DNA of 32,000 nucleotides from the NCBI RefSeq assembly GCF_000008385.1, contig NC_006833.1, positions 300,001-332,000 on the forward strand. Direction: 5' to 3'. The notes below the pieces were generated by a model, which was given only the letters and a program-made list of their open reading frames with translations, did no database searches and was not told the origin of the DNA. Shown here piece by piece: positions 1 through 8,922 of the stretch. Position numbers and translations under genes: made by a program. This stretch comes from Wolbachia endosymbiont strain TRS of Brugia malayi (GTDB lineage Bacteria > Pseudomonadota > Alphaproteobacteria > Rickettsiales > Anaplasmataceae). The stretch's first letter is position 1, and each line of letters begins with the position of its first letter.

Positions 1-668
1 TTCCTGGATTTTTGAACTATTCCCTTGCTGGAAAAGCATTAGAGAAGAAGATATGGAACCTTCAAGTGATAAATATTCGTTTTTTTGCTAAAGATAGGCA
101 TTTGACGGTAGACCATATTCCATATGGGGGTGGAGCAGGAATGATTATGCGCCCTGATGTAGTTGGTGATGCAGTTGATAGTGTACTTTCTACTCATAAA
201 GATACTAAATTTATTTATATGACTCCGTCTGGCACAAAATTTGATCAGAGTATTGCAAGGGAATTGGTAGGATTTCCTCATATAACGATATTATGTGGTC
301 GATTTGAGGGTATTGACCAAAGGGTGATAGATGAGTATACTCCTTATGAGTTAAGCATTGGAGATTATATTCTTTCAGGAGGTGAACCAGCTGCGATGGT
401 AATTCTTGATGTGTGCGTTAGACTTCTTCCTGGTGTGGTAAATAATTCCGGTAGTATTACTGAGGAGAGTTTTAGTTATAGCGGTGGTGTGCTTGAGTAT
501 CCTCAGTATACCAGACCTAAGCAGTGGAGAAAACATAGAGTGCCTAAAATTTTGTTATCTGGTAATCACAAAAAAATAAGTGATTGGAGACAGAAACAGT
601 CTCAAGTTATAACAAAAAGACGTAGGCCTGAATTATTAGATGGAGAGATAAATGACAAATTTACTTAA
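1..668 (+). CDS. trmD: tRNA (guanine37-N1)-methyltransferase TrmD, 5' end cut by the window edge
   Basis: The reading frame (phase of nt 3) is open to the window edge, so the TTG at 12 is not the real start. Motifs [18 protein letters not shown] and [11 protein letters not shown] are typical of TrmD. The 3' end overlaps rplS by 17 nt. Confidence 0.9.
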   Translation, partial: PGFLNYSLAGKALEKKIWNLQVINIRFFAKDRHLTVDHIPYGGGAGMIMRPDVVGDAVDSVLSTHKDTKFIYMTPSGTKFDQSIARELVGFPHITILCGRFEGIDQRVIDEYTPYELSIGDYILSGGEPAAMVILDVCVRLLPGVVNNSGSITEESFSYSGGVLEYPQYTRPKQWRKHRVPKILLSGNHKKISDWRQKQSQVITKRRRPELLDGEINDKFT

Positions 669-1029
669 AAAGTTCAATGAGCAACAAATGCAAGTATTAG
701 CTAAGGAAGTACCAGAATTTCGTCCTGGTGATGATTTGAAAGTTACTTTTAAAGTAGTTGACAGTACAAGTGAGCGTATACAAATATTTGAAGGTGTATG
801 TATATCAAAAAGAAATCGAGGGTTACATTCTTCTTTTGCGGTTAGAAAAGTAAGTCATGGAGAAAGTATAGTATCTCAATTTTTTATTTACTCTCCTGCA
901 TTAGTTTCAGTGCAAGTAACAAGAAGAGGAAAGGTTCGTAGGGCAAAGTTGTACTACCTATGTAAACTATTTGGAAAAGCTGCAAGAATAAAAGAGCGCG
1001 CTACTTACAAAAACAATAAGTCTAATTAG
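652..1029 (+). CDS. rplS: 50S ribosomal protein L19
   Basis: 125 aa. The [10 protein letters not shown]...[16 protein letters not shown]...[14 protein letters not shown] pattern matches L19. The conserved trmD-rplS arrangement is present. Confidence 0.95.
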   Translation: MTNLLKKFNEQQMQVLAKEVPEFRPGDDLKVTFKVVDSTSERIQIFEGVCISKRNRGLHSSFAVRKVSHGESIVSQFFIYSPALVSVQVTRRGKVRRAKLYYLCKLFGKAARIKERATYKNNKSN

Positions 1030-1125
1030 GTACAATGGAGAGTCATGTTAATGGTGTCATTCCCAGTGCATGATATACAACTATATAAGCATTTTGATAT
1101 GATAAGGCGTTACATAGTAAACGAT

Positions 1126-1155
1126 GTCATGAAAGTGGCTGACACTGGAATCCAG
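1126..1155 (+). repeat. Degenerate copy of the dispersed hairpin repeat (gtcatgaaagtggctgacactggaatccag)
   Basis: Aligns by eye to the copies at 27057-27086 and 1252-1284 (reverse). A half copy, gtcattcccagtgca, lies at 1056-1070. Confidence 0.55.
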
Positions 1156-1224
1156 CTTTTTATGCAATCCCATCAAAGATATTTATTTAGTATAAGATCA
1201 ACTGCTTTCTATGTTCAACAAATC

Positions 1225-1248
1225 AGTTTGCTTATTTACAAGCAAACT
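1225..1248. repeat. Perfect 9-bp stem hairpin AGTTTGCTT-atttac-AAGCAAACT between the two inverted repeat copies
   Basis: The inverted repeat was read directly from the sequence. It lies in the rplS-pstA spacer. The stem is AT-rich and only TT follows it, so it is not a convincing intrinsic terminator. Confidence 0.5.
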
Positions 1249-1251
1249 TTC

Positions 1252-1284
1252 CTGGATCCTAGTGTCGCGCACTGGGATGATACC
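1252..1284 (-). repeat. Well-preserved copy of the dispersed hairpin repeat (reverse orientation)
   Basis: The reverse complement reads gtatcatcccagtgcgcgacactaggatccag, nearly identical to the mutS-internal copy gttatcccagtgcttgacactgggatccag. It contains its own inverted repeat, atcctagtg/cactgggat. Confidence 0.7.
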
Positions 1285-1434
1285 GACAGTTATGTCTTGT
1301 ATTTACAAAACTACAATGCAGAAAGTTCACACAGTTGTGGGTTTGACCTAAGATTTGGGAAGAAAGAAGAGACTTCAGTATTAGCTTGCATGACATCATT
1401 ACACACTTGAGCAACAAAAAGGAACTGAAAGTAA

Positions 1435-2685
1435 ATGAGTATAAAGACAAAATTTCTTAAACTGCTTCAGTCCAGGCGTATGCATGCTCACATAAAAAGG
1501 AAGAATAAAAAAGATAAAGCGTTATATTCCTGTTCTTTTATGACGCTAGTTATTTCACTTAGTTGCCCTGTATGTATATTGCTAAGTATATTGATTAACT
1601 CTTATAGCGCCTTAACAGTAACAAAAATTCTATTACCGATTGAAATAAACACTGATTTTGCTTTAGCAGATAATCCTAGCAATTTGCGGTATAAATCTAT
1701 TAATTCACTAAATGATTCTCTGCGAAAGATATTTAAGGGAACTGATTTTAAGAGTGGTGAAGAGATTTTAAGTCGTAATTCTTATAAGGAGCTAGAGAAT
1801 TTTGTTCGTAGAAAAGTAAAACATAATGGTGAATATGAAATCTGGTTTACCGCGTCAAGTATAATAAATTCAATAAATAAGGGTAAGTATTTTAACAGTC
1901 ATTATGTTGAATTGCTTAGTTGGCTAAAAAAACAGGGGAGAGTAGGAAAATTTTTCAATAGATCTCTATTTCTTAAGTCTGACTCTCGTGAACCTGAAAA
2001 CGCGGGAATCTTAGGAGCATTTATTGGCTCATTAATGACGATAATGGTATGCCTGGCTTTGGCGTTACCAGCGGGGATTATGTCGGGTATCTGTCTCCAC
2101 GAATTTATGCCTAGAAATAGTATGATAACTAATGTTATAGAGGTTAGCATAAATAATCTTGCCGCAGTGCCTTCAATAATATTTGGTGTAGTAGGCTTGA
2201 CTCTCTATCTTGGCATATTTGAGCTACCCCGTTCTTCGCCACTTGTTGGTGGAATGACTCTTTCATTTATGATGTTACCTAATATTATAATTGCAACAAA
2301 AAATGCCTTTGCTAATGTTTCTATTACAATAAAAGATGCAGCTTTTGCTCTTGGAGCGCCTCACATCAGGGTGATATTAGACCACTCTTTACCGATTGCA
2401 TTGCCAAGGATAATACATGGTACTATGCTTGCAGTTGCAAGAGTTTTAGGTGAGTCTTCTCCTTTGCTTATGATAGGTATGGTAGCATTTATTACTGATA
2501 CACCCAGGTCCTTTTTCGATCCGGCAACTGTTCTACCTGTACAAATATACATATGGTCAAGTAGTCCTGAAATTGCATTTGTTGAACTTGCTGCTATCGC
2601 AATTATAGCCTTGTTGATAGTGTTATTTGCTCTTAATTTAGTAGCAAATTTTGTAAAAAGAAAATTCGAATTTTTTAATTTTTAA
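1435..2685 (+). CDS. pstA: Phosphate ABC transporter permease PstA (long form)
   Basis: 416 aa. An N-terminal TM segment and a long loop are followed by a permease core (GILGAFIGSLMT..., AFALGAPHIRVILDHSLPIALPRIIHG, ARVLGESSPLLMIG) and a PVQIYIW tail typical of PstA. The stop lies 3 nt before purQ. Confidence 0.8.
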   Translation: MSIKTKFLKLLQSRRMHAHIKRKNKKDKALYSCSFMTLVISLSCPVCILLSILINSYSALTVTKILLPIEINTDFALADNPSNLRYKSINSLNDSLRKIFKGTDFKSGEEILSRNSYKELENFVRRKVKHNGEYEIWFTASSIINSINKGKYFNSHYVELLSWLKKQGRVGKFFNRSLFLKSDSREPENAGILGAFIGSLMTIMVCLALALPAGIMSGICLHEFMPRNSMITNVIEVSINNLAAVPSIIFGVVGLTLYLGIFELPRSSPLVGGMTLSFMMLPNIIIATKNAFANVSITIKDAAFALGAPHIRVILDHSLPIALPRIIHGTMLAVARVLGESSPLLMIGMVAFITDTPRSFFDPATVLPVQIYIWSSSPEIAFVELAAIAIIALLIVLFALNLVANFVKRKFEFFNF

Positions 2686-2688
2686 CTC

Positions 2689-3486
2689 ATGAAAATTGTC
2701 GTTTTATCTGGTTATGGCTTAAATTGCGAAAAGGAAACTGCATTTGCATTTGTAGAATGTGGTAGAAAACTTGGTGTCAACAATATAGAAGTAAGAATCG
2801 TTCACATTAATGAGATCATAAAGAATCCAGGTGAACTGAGGTTGAGTAATATACTTGCAATCCCAGGGGGTTTTTCCTATGGTGATGACACTGGTGCTGG
2901 TAATGCTTTTGCTTTGCGCGTTAAGAACAACTTGTTAGATAAGTTTCAAGAGTTTTTATCTCAGGATAAGCTTGTCATAGGAATATGTAACGGTTGTCAG
3001 ATATTAGCGAAGTTAATCCCAGAGTTTTCTAACCTGGCTTTAATACGTAATGATATAGGTAATTATCAATGCCGTTGGATTAAAGTAAAAGTTAGCCCAC
3101 AAAGTAGTTCTGTTTGGTTGCAGGATCTGAATGAGTTGTATCTTCCTATTGCTCATGGAGAAGGCAAGTTCTTTATGAATCAAGGTGTTTTAGATCAATT
3201 GATTGAAAATAATTCTGTTGCACTACGTTACATTAATGAAAGTGGTGACTACGCCAACTTGCAATTTCCTTATAATCCGAACGGATCTACATATGACCTA
3301 GCGGCTTTATCGGATAAAAGTGGTAGAGTGTTGGCTTTAATGCCTCATCCAGAAAGGGGAATATTTTTTACTCAGCAGGATAACTGGCCACTTGAAAAAG
3401 AAAAGTGCAAGCGCTTAAAGATTGCTATGCCAAAATATGGAGACGGAATGCTTATATTTGAAAATGCATTAAGATATTTTTGTTGA
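2689..3486 (+). CDS. purQ: Phosphoribosylformylglycinamidine synthase I, glutaminase subunit PurQ
   Basis: 265 aa. MKIVVLSGYGLNCE N-terminus, PGGFSYGDD, nucleophile context GICNGCQIL, and HGEG / MPHPER near the C-terminus. Confidence 0.9.
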   Translation: MKIVVLSGYGLNCEKETAFAFVECGRKLGVNNIEVRIVHINEIIKNPGELRLSNILAIPGGFSYGDDTGAGNAFALRVKNNLLDKFQEFLSQDKLVIGICNGCQILAKLIPEFSNLALIRNDIGNYQCRWIKVKVSPQSSSVWLQDLNELYLPIAHGEGKFFMNQGVLDQLIENNSVALRYINESGDYANLQFPYNPNGSTYDLAALSDKSGRVLALMPHPERGIFFTQQDNWPLEKEKCKRLKIAMPKYGDGMLIFENALRYFC

Positions 3487-3679
3487 AATTTGTTGGTAGG
3501 GATTTGTAGTCAAAATTGAACAAATATTTCCTATAAAATCATCGGTAAATCTAAATTATTTTAGCTTAACGTCGTGCATTCATTCTACTGTGACACAGAA
3601 GGCTAGTACAATATAGATCAATCCGTAAAGCCAATATTCTGTACATCCATAAAAATAACCTTCTTTTTTGTCTTGAACG

Positions 3680-4616
3680 CTAATAGTAGCATGGGTGTTG
3701 AGAGGTTAAAGGGTCATTTATATATTCGTGGCCTATCTCTTGGACTTTGAACACTGGAAAATTAACACTCTTTGCAGATCTCTCTTTTACGACTTTAACA
3801 AGATTGTCGTTACCGAAGTTAATAAAGTTTCTAAAAATTACTGCGTATACTTCATCAAAAATACAAGCTTGTTTTAGGTGATCTAAACTGCCCCCATTGC
3901 ATATGAATAAACTCTTGTATCTTTTAGAAATAGAATTTTTCCTTTTGCATTTATTTGCCAAGCTGTTCCTATACTATTTTTAACCAAAATCATGTTTCCA
4001 CAACGATTTTGGACTCTAATCTACCATTTTTTAGTTTGATGTCATCATTAATTATTTTTAGGTTATTAGACCTAATAGAGCTCTGCTGACTTAGGATTAG
4101 CCTTTTTAATTTTTTAACAAAATTTTCAGAAACGAAATTATTTACTATCATTTCCAACATGGACTGTGAAGAATTTGCCAATCGTATTTGACTTGTAAAT
4201 AAATGTGCAAGGCGGCTATATCGCTGTAGTCTATAAGAGTTTTTTTTTGTTTTTATTTTGAACGATTCTTGCTTTTTTATCGTTGAGTAATTTTTCTAGA
4301 CAGGGAATTAACGAGAAGCTCCTGTTCCTCCTCTGATACACCAAATTATTTTGCTATCGTTAATTAAAACACTAATCAAATCGCTTGCTCTAAATTCATC
4401 GGAGTTAGGGTAGAATGGATTATTATTGCTATATATTTTCTCTAAAATATGAAAGTTAAAATCCAAAGCTTCTATATATTCTTTTATAGTAGTTAGATCT
4501 GGCTCTTTTCCCTTGGAAGAAGGAGCAATAATATCGACTTGATTGATTGCATAAATACCTGTATTAGCACATAAAGTGAAAATAAAATATAAGAAGTAGA
4601 TGACAACAGAGTACAT
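3680..4616 (-). pseudogene. LD-carboxypeptidase (LdcA / peptidase S66-like) pseudogene in three fragments
   Basis: The N-terminal ORF 4308-4616 reads ...IIAPSS...SDEFRASDLISVLINDSKIIWCIRGGTGASR, matching the LdcA pattern APSS...(G)SDE.RA.DL...D..I.AI.C.RGGYGA.R. The same frame continues past two in-frame stops into ...SYRLQRYSRLAHLF... (compare GYSDITALH). ORF 3680-3961 ends ...NFPVFKVQEIGHEYINDPL (compare the C-terminal P.GH...N..LP of LdcA). The start overlaps the lipB stop as TAATG. Confidence 0.6.
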
Positions 4617-5239
4617 TAAAATATCTTATAAAACTCTTTTTTTAGTATATTATCTAATTTAAAGAGTGGAGCTTTAACACCTAGTTCTTTTATTGATGTA
4701 ACACCGTAACCTTTCAATCCGCAAGGAATAATACCCTTATAATGGGAAAGATCTGGGGAGAAATTAAGCGCTATGCCATGGTAAGTTATCCATTTTCTTA
4801 AACGTATGCCAAAAGCTGCTATTTTTTCTTCTACTCCATTGTTATTCACCCAAACACCTATTCTATCTTCTTTGAATTCTCCAAATATGTTAAAGTGCTT
4901 TAAAACATTTATTATCCAACTACCAAGCTCTCTAATATATAGTTTTATATCACATTTATTTCTTTTTTTAAGATTCAGCATTAGATATATAATGCGTTGC
5001 CCTGGTCCATGATATGTGTATTTACCACCCCTACCTGTTTTATATATAGGAAGTAATTTTTCAACAACGTCATCATCTGTTGCACTAATTCCTGCTGTGT
5101 ATAATGGAGGATGCTGGAGTAGCCATACCAATTCATCAGATGAGTTATTGTGGATTTGTTGAATTTTTTTTTCCATGAATTTTACAGCGTAGTTATAATT
5201 AATAAGCTGATCAGATATTAGCCACTCTACCATGTTCAA
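4616..5239 (-). CDS. lipB: Octanoyltransferase (lipoyl(octanoyl) transferase) LipB
   Basis: 207 aa. HPPLYTAG, GRGGKYTYHGPGQ, and AFGIRLRKWITYHGIALN...IIPCGL. Confidence 0.92.
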   Translation of the reverse strand: MNMVEWLISDQLINYNYAVKFMEKKIQQIHNNSSDELVWLLQHPPLYTAGISATDDDVVEKLLPIYKTGRGGKYTYHGPGQRIIYLMLNLKKRNKCDIKLYIRELGSWIINVLKHFNIFGEFKEDRIGVWVNNNGVEEKIAAFGIRLRKWITYHGIALNFSPDLSHYKGIIPCGLKGYGVTSIKELGVKAPLFKLDNILKKEFYKIF

Positions 5240-5350
5240 TCTCTTCTCTTTTTAGTTTATAGAATAAGCTAAGTATAGTTAAAAATATATATTATCACAA
5301 TTTTATGGACATTTTTGACTTGATTTGCTGAGATGGGTGTCCTTAAGTAG

Positions 5351-5391
5351 ATGATACTTGCATCCAGAAATTTTTTTACTTATAGAATGAC
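5351..5391. repeat. Possible degenerate repeat copy downstream of rpe
   Basis: atgatacttgcatccagaaa...tatagaatgac resembles 6157-6201 (ggtacttaaatccagaaaaag...actagaatgat). Similarity was judged by eye only. Confidence 0.3.
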
Positions 5392-5418
5392 AGAAGTGAT
5401 TTGTGTTGGGCTATGGGG

Positions 5419-6099
5419 TTACAATGATAGGTTTTTAAAATCATTTACAGCTTTCTTCATATTTTTAGCTCTAAATATTGCTGATCCAGCGACTAAGATA
5501 TCTGCACCTGCTTTTATTATATCAGCTGCGTTTGAAAGACTCACTCCGCCATCTACTGAAATTTGTGTTTTAAGGCCGCGCTCTCGTATCATTTTCTTCA
5601 CAACAGATATCTTGCCCAGTTGTGAATAAATAAACTCCTGTCCTCCAAATCCAGGGTTGACTGTCATAATTAATACAATATCCAACTCATGTATTATATA
5701 CTCAAATATACCTGGGGAAGTTGAAGGAACAATTGACACTCCAACTTGAACCTTTTTTTTCGCATCGTTTACATTTTTGTATGACTTTATCTTTCTTATC
5801 AGCCTTTCAAGGTGTACCTCTGCTTCTGCGTGTATAGTAATGATATCAGCACCAGCATTTATAAAGCTTTCAACATGGTCACCAGGAGACTTAATCATTA
5901 AGTGTACATCAAAAAAAAGGTTAGTATATTTACGTATTGTAGAGATAACGCCTGGACCAATTGTAATGTTTGGAACAAAATTTCCATCCATAACGTCTAT
6001 GTGTATATAATCTACACCTAAGTTGTTAATTCTTTTTACCTCTTCTCCTAATTTTGCGAAATTTGCTGAAAGTATAGAAGGTGCAATTTTGATACCCAT
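5419..6099 (-). CDS. rpe: Ribulose-phosphate 3-epimerase
   Basis: 226 aa. IAPSILSANFAKLGEE, IHIDVMDGNFVPNITIGP, MTVNPGFGGQEF and VDGGV. Confidence 0.93.
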   Translation of the reverse strand: MGIKIAPSILSANFAKLGEEVKRINNLGVDYIHIDVMDGNFVPNITIGPGVISTIRKYTNLFFDVHLMIKSPGDHVESFINAGADIITIHAEAEVHLERLIRKIKSYKNVNDAKKKVQVGVSIVPSTSPGIFEYIIHELDIVLIMTVNPGFGGQEFIYSQLGKISVVKKMIRERGLKTQISVDGGVSLSNAADIIKAGADILVAGSAIFRAKNMKKAVNDFKNLSL

Positions 6100-6149
6100 G
6101 GGCTGTCTTTTTACTAAAAAATAAAAAAATAACTTATTTTTAAAACTCT

Positions 6150-6201
6150 GTCATCTTGGTACTTAAATCCAGAAAAAGTTAGCACCGCATACTAGAATGA
6201 T
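6150..6201. repeat. Possible degenerate small palindromic element upstream of rpe and beside tRNA-Arg
   Basis: gtcatcttggtacttaaatccagaaaaag...catactagaatgat echoes the repeat core (gtcatcccagtg...atccag...cactgggatgat) but is heavily diverged. Confidence 0.3.
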
Positions 6202-6289
6202 AAGGTCTTGCAAGAATTTGCTATAAGCATTGTATTTACATGAAATGCCTTGACTTTATACGTGTTAAGAAGCATTTTATATATGCTGT

Positions 6290-6363
6290 GCGCCCGTAGC
6301 TCAGCTGGATAGAGCAACAGCCTTCTAAGCTGTGGGTCGTAGGTTCAAATCCTACTGGGCGCA
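6290..6363 (+). tRNA. tRNA-Arg (anticodon TCT)
   Basis: A cloverleaf was folded by hand. Acceptor GCGCCCG/TGGGCGC (one G-U pair) plus discriminator A. D-loop AGCTCAGCTGGATAGAGC. Anticodon stem ACAGC/GCTGT with loop CT-TCT-AA. T-arm GTAGG-TTCAAAT-CCTAC. CCA is not encoded. Confidence 0.9.
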
Positions 6364-6372
6364 CTCTTTATG

Positions 6373-7323
6373 TCAATACTTTTTATAAACCTTCAAATAC
6401 TCTGGTACTACGTTTTCAATTGATAATGGCCGGATTTTTATTGCTTCAAAATCAGTTGATTTTTCAATTGAGCTACTCATCATAACTCTTACCTGATCTC
6501 GAGTAAGCATAGGGCTTATATCCCCGGTTATGGGTTTTAACAATATAGAAATGATCCTACTTTCTAAGAAGAAGGCTATTAACTTTGCCATTGGAAAAGA
6601 TACATTGACTAATAAGCATTTTCTGTTGGTAACATTCAGAATAAACTTTAGTAAGCTTTTAAAAGAGTAGATTTTCGGTCCACCTATATTATAAATCTTC
6701 TTATCTTGCTTATTAAGATTGATAATGCGGTATACCATCTCAGCTAAATCGGTTACACATATCGGCTGAAATTTAGTTGTACCACTGCCAATTAGCGGCA
6801 AGAAAGGAAGAATAGTTGCTAGTCTTGCAAATTTGGTAAAGAAGTTATCTTCTTTGCCAAATACAAGACTCGGCTTAATTATTATTGCTTCTGGGAATGC
6901 TGCGGTTACAGCTTTTTCACCTTTCAGTTTACTTTGAGCATATTCTGACAGCTTACTGTTTTCTATTCCCATAGCAGAAAAATGTATCATCATAGATACA
7001 TTTTTTATTTTTGCAGCTCTTGCTATTTTTTCAGCTATCCCAACATGAACAGCGTAGAAACTGTGCTCTTTTACTTCATATAATATTCCCACTAAGTTTA
7101 TGACTACATTACATTCCTCTACACTTTCCAGAATTAACTTCTCGTCAAAAAAATCGCCTTTAAATATAGATATTTGTCCTAAATTGCCGCATAACTTTAA
7201 ACAAGCAGCTTTTTCTTGGTTACGGACAAATACCCTTATTAAATACCCTGCTGTTGCCAAACGTCTTACGATGTGTTTCCCTATAAACCCTGTTCCACCA
7301 AAAATAACTACACGTTTTATCAC
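6373..7323 (-). CDS. NAD(P)-binding extended SDR, complex I NDUFA9 (39 kDa)-like / epimerase-dehydratase family
   Basis: 316 aa. The N-terminal Rossmann motif is VVIFGGTGFIGKHIVRRL. The overall layout resembles NDUFA9-type proteins of alphaproteobacteria. Function is not inferable from the sequence alone. Confidence 0.7.
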   Translation of the reverse strand: MIKRVVIFGGTGFIGKHIVRRLATAGYLIRVFVRNQEKAACLKLCGNLGQISIFKGDFFDEKLILESVEECNVVINLVGILYEVKEHSFYAVHVGIAEKIARAAKIKNVSMMIHFSAMGIENSKLSEYAQSKLKGEKAVTAAFPEAIIIKPSLVFGKEDNFFTKFARLATILPFLPLIGSGTTKFQPICVTDLAEMVYRIINLNKQDKKIYNIGGPKIYSFKSLLKFILNVTNRKCLLVNVSFPMAKLIAFFLESRIISILLKPITGDISPMLTRDQVRVMMSSSIEKSTDFEAIKIRPLSIENVVPEYLKVYKKY

Positions 7324-7371
7324 GATTAAAACTTCTAATAACTTAACCTTAAATTAATACAATAGTTTTAT

Positions 7372-8739
7372 TTAATATTCTATTATGAATCCTTGCACTA
7401 TGAAATCCATTTTCACTCCACGTGAACCCTTGACCAGAACTACATCATTATTTTGAACAATGTTAGCTAAGTTGCTTTTCAATTGATTAGAATCATTAAA
7501 ATGCGTGCCTTTTATATTGCCTGGTAAAAGCCTATGCAACTTTAACATAAATTTACCAACCGTATAAACTTTATCCACGTCATATTTTACGATAGAATCA
7601 AGTAACTTCATATGAAATGTTATGCTTTTGTTACCAAGTTCTAGCATATCACCAAGTAATGCTACTTTCCTCCGATTAGAATATATACCTAAAGTTCTTA
7701 TTGCAGCTTTCATTGAAGCAGGACTGGCATTATAGGAGTCATCAATCAAATGTATACACTTTCCATTGTATTTAGCCTTGTGAACACTACCTCTGCCTTT
7801 CGTTATATTAAAATTCTCAAGTGCAAGTGGTAATTTTGATAAATTAAGTCCAAGATTTTGTATGACTGCAACAACAGCCAGTACAGAGTATACAAAATGT
7901 TTGCCTTGCACACATAAATTACAGTTCATAATCTGATTATTATTCAGTCTAATTTTTAAATTTAGCCCTTTGTCATTTTTTATTACATTCAACAAGCAAA
8001 CTGTAGCGCTTTCACTCCTACCAAAGCTTACTACATCTCTATCGACGTGCGATAAGAGATAATCATAATATTTATTGTCTTTGTTTAGGATCAAAGTACC
8101 GTTATTTTTCACACCGTACAAAATTTCTAATTTTGCTTGAGCAATATCAAATAGCGACGAAAAATTTTCAACGTGCACAGGTTCGATATTGGTGATAACC
8201 GCAATATTTGGGTTACTAATCTTTGATAATTCTTTTATCTCGCCAGCTTTATTCATCCCCATTTCAAGAATTAAGTACCGGCAGTTTTCTGGAGCTTTTA
8301 GAATCGTTAAAGGTAGCCCTATGTTATTATTCAAATTACCATCATTCACATGAGACACTCCATACTGTGATAGAACAGTATGTAGCATATCTTTTGTGGT
8401 GGTTTTTCCTACACTGCCTGTAATTGCAATAACTTCAGCATTAACAAGAACATTTCTGATGTAATACGATGCCATATCATGCAAAGCTTTTAGAGTATCT
8501 TGCACAACAATTACAGGAAGATTCCTATATTTGTCTTCGCTCACTACCGCAGCTGCTGCCCCTTTCAAAAAGGCTTCATGTAAAAAATCATGTCCATCAA
8601 AATTCTTTCCCTTAAGTGCGATAAATAAGTCACCTTTTTTTATATTTCTTGTGTCTGTTGAAATATTTAAGTTATGGCAACCACTCTTCCCTCTTCCGCC
8701 AGTAGCATCAATAATATTATTAGTATTCCATTCGAACAT
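7372..8739 (-). CDS. murF: UDP-N-acetylmuramoyl-tripeptide--D-alanyl-D-alanine ligase
   Basis: 455 aa. Mur ligase P-loop ITGSVGKTTTKDML, DDSYNASPASM, and the MurF-type N-terminus (TDTRNIKKGDLFIALKGKNFDGHDF). Confidence 0.9.
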   Translation of the reverse strand: MFEWNTNNIIDATGGRGKSGCHNLNISTDTRNIKKGDLFIALKGKNFDGHDFLHEAFLKGAAAAVVSEDKYRNLPVIVVQDTLKALHDMASYYIRNVLVNAEVIAITGSVGKTTTKDMLHTVLSQYGVSHVNDGNLNNNIGLPLTILKAPENCRYLILEMGMNKAGEIKELSKISNPNIAVITNIEPVHVENFSSLFDIAQAKLEILYGVKNNGTLILNKDNKYYDYLLSHVDRDVVSFGRSESATVCLLNVIKNDKGLNLKIRLNNNQIMNCNLCVQGKHFVYSVLAVVAVIQNLGLNLSKLPLALENFNITKGRGSVHKAKYNGKCIHLIDDSYNASPASMKAAIRTLGIYSNRRKVALLGDMLELGNKSITFHMKLLDSIVKYDVDKVYTVGKFMLKLHRLLPGNIKGTHFNDSNQLKSNLANIVQNNDVVLVKGSRGVKMDFIVQGFIIEY

Positions 8740-8813
8740 AGTTTAACTTTAAAGCAAGATTAATAATAAAAGTAGCGAAATACCTCACGTTTTAGACAGT
8801 ATATAAATAATAG

Positions 8814-8842
8814 TTGCAATCTCTGTAATTTCATCTTATAAT
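8814..8842 (+). promoter_or_regulatory. Candidate sigma70-type promoter for ORF 8923
   Basis: TTGCAA (8814-8819), a 17-nt spacer, then TATAAT (8837-8842), about 80 nt upstream of the ATG. AT-rich DNA produces such matches by chance, hence the low confidence. Confidence 0.35.
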
Positions 8843-8922
8843 AGATATAGAAATTTAAATGTTTTTATCTATAATTTAGAATACACTATAGTATTTAGTG
8901 TTAGAATACTTCGGGGGTATAT

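Noticed and set aside
1045-1410. 121-aa ORF on the plus strand between rplS and pstA
   Set aside because: It is read through at least three copies of the hairpin repeat (VADTGIQ-type peptide), has no RBS and no recognisable domain. Peptides of this kind ([10 protein letters not shown] / [10 protein letters not shown]-like) are the usual by-product of translating this repeat family. It is treated as repeat DNA, not a gene.
6100-6372. tRNA-Arg locus considered as an integration site for an island or prophage
   Set aside because: No integrase is present, no duplicated tRNA 3' end was found nearby, and the flanking genes (rpe, NDUFA9-like) are core genes. Only a decayed short repeat is present.
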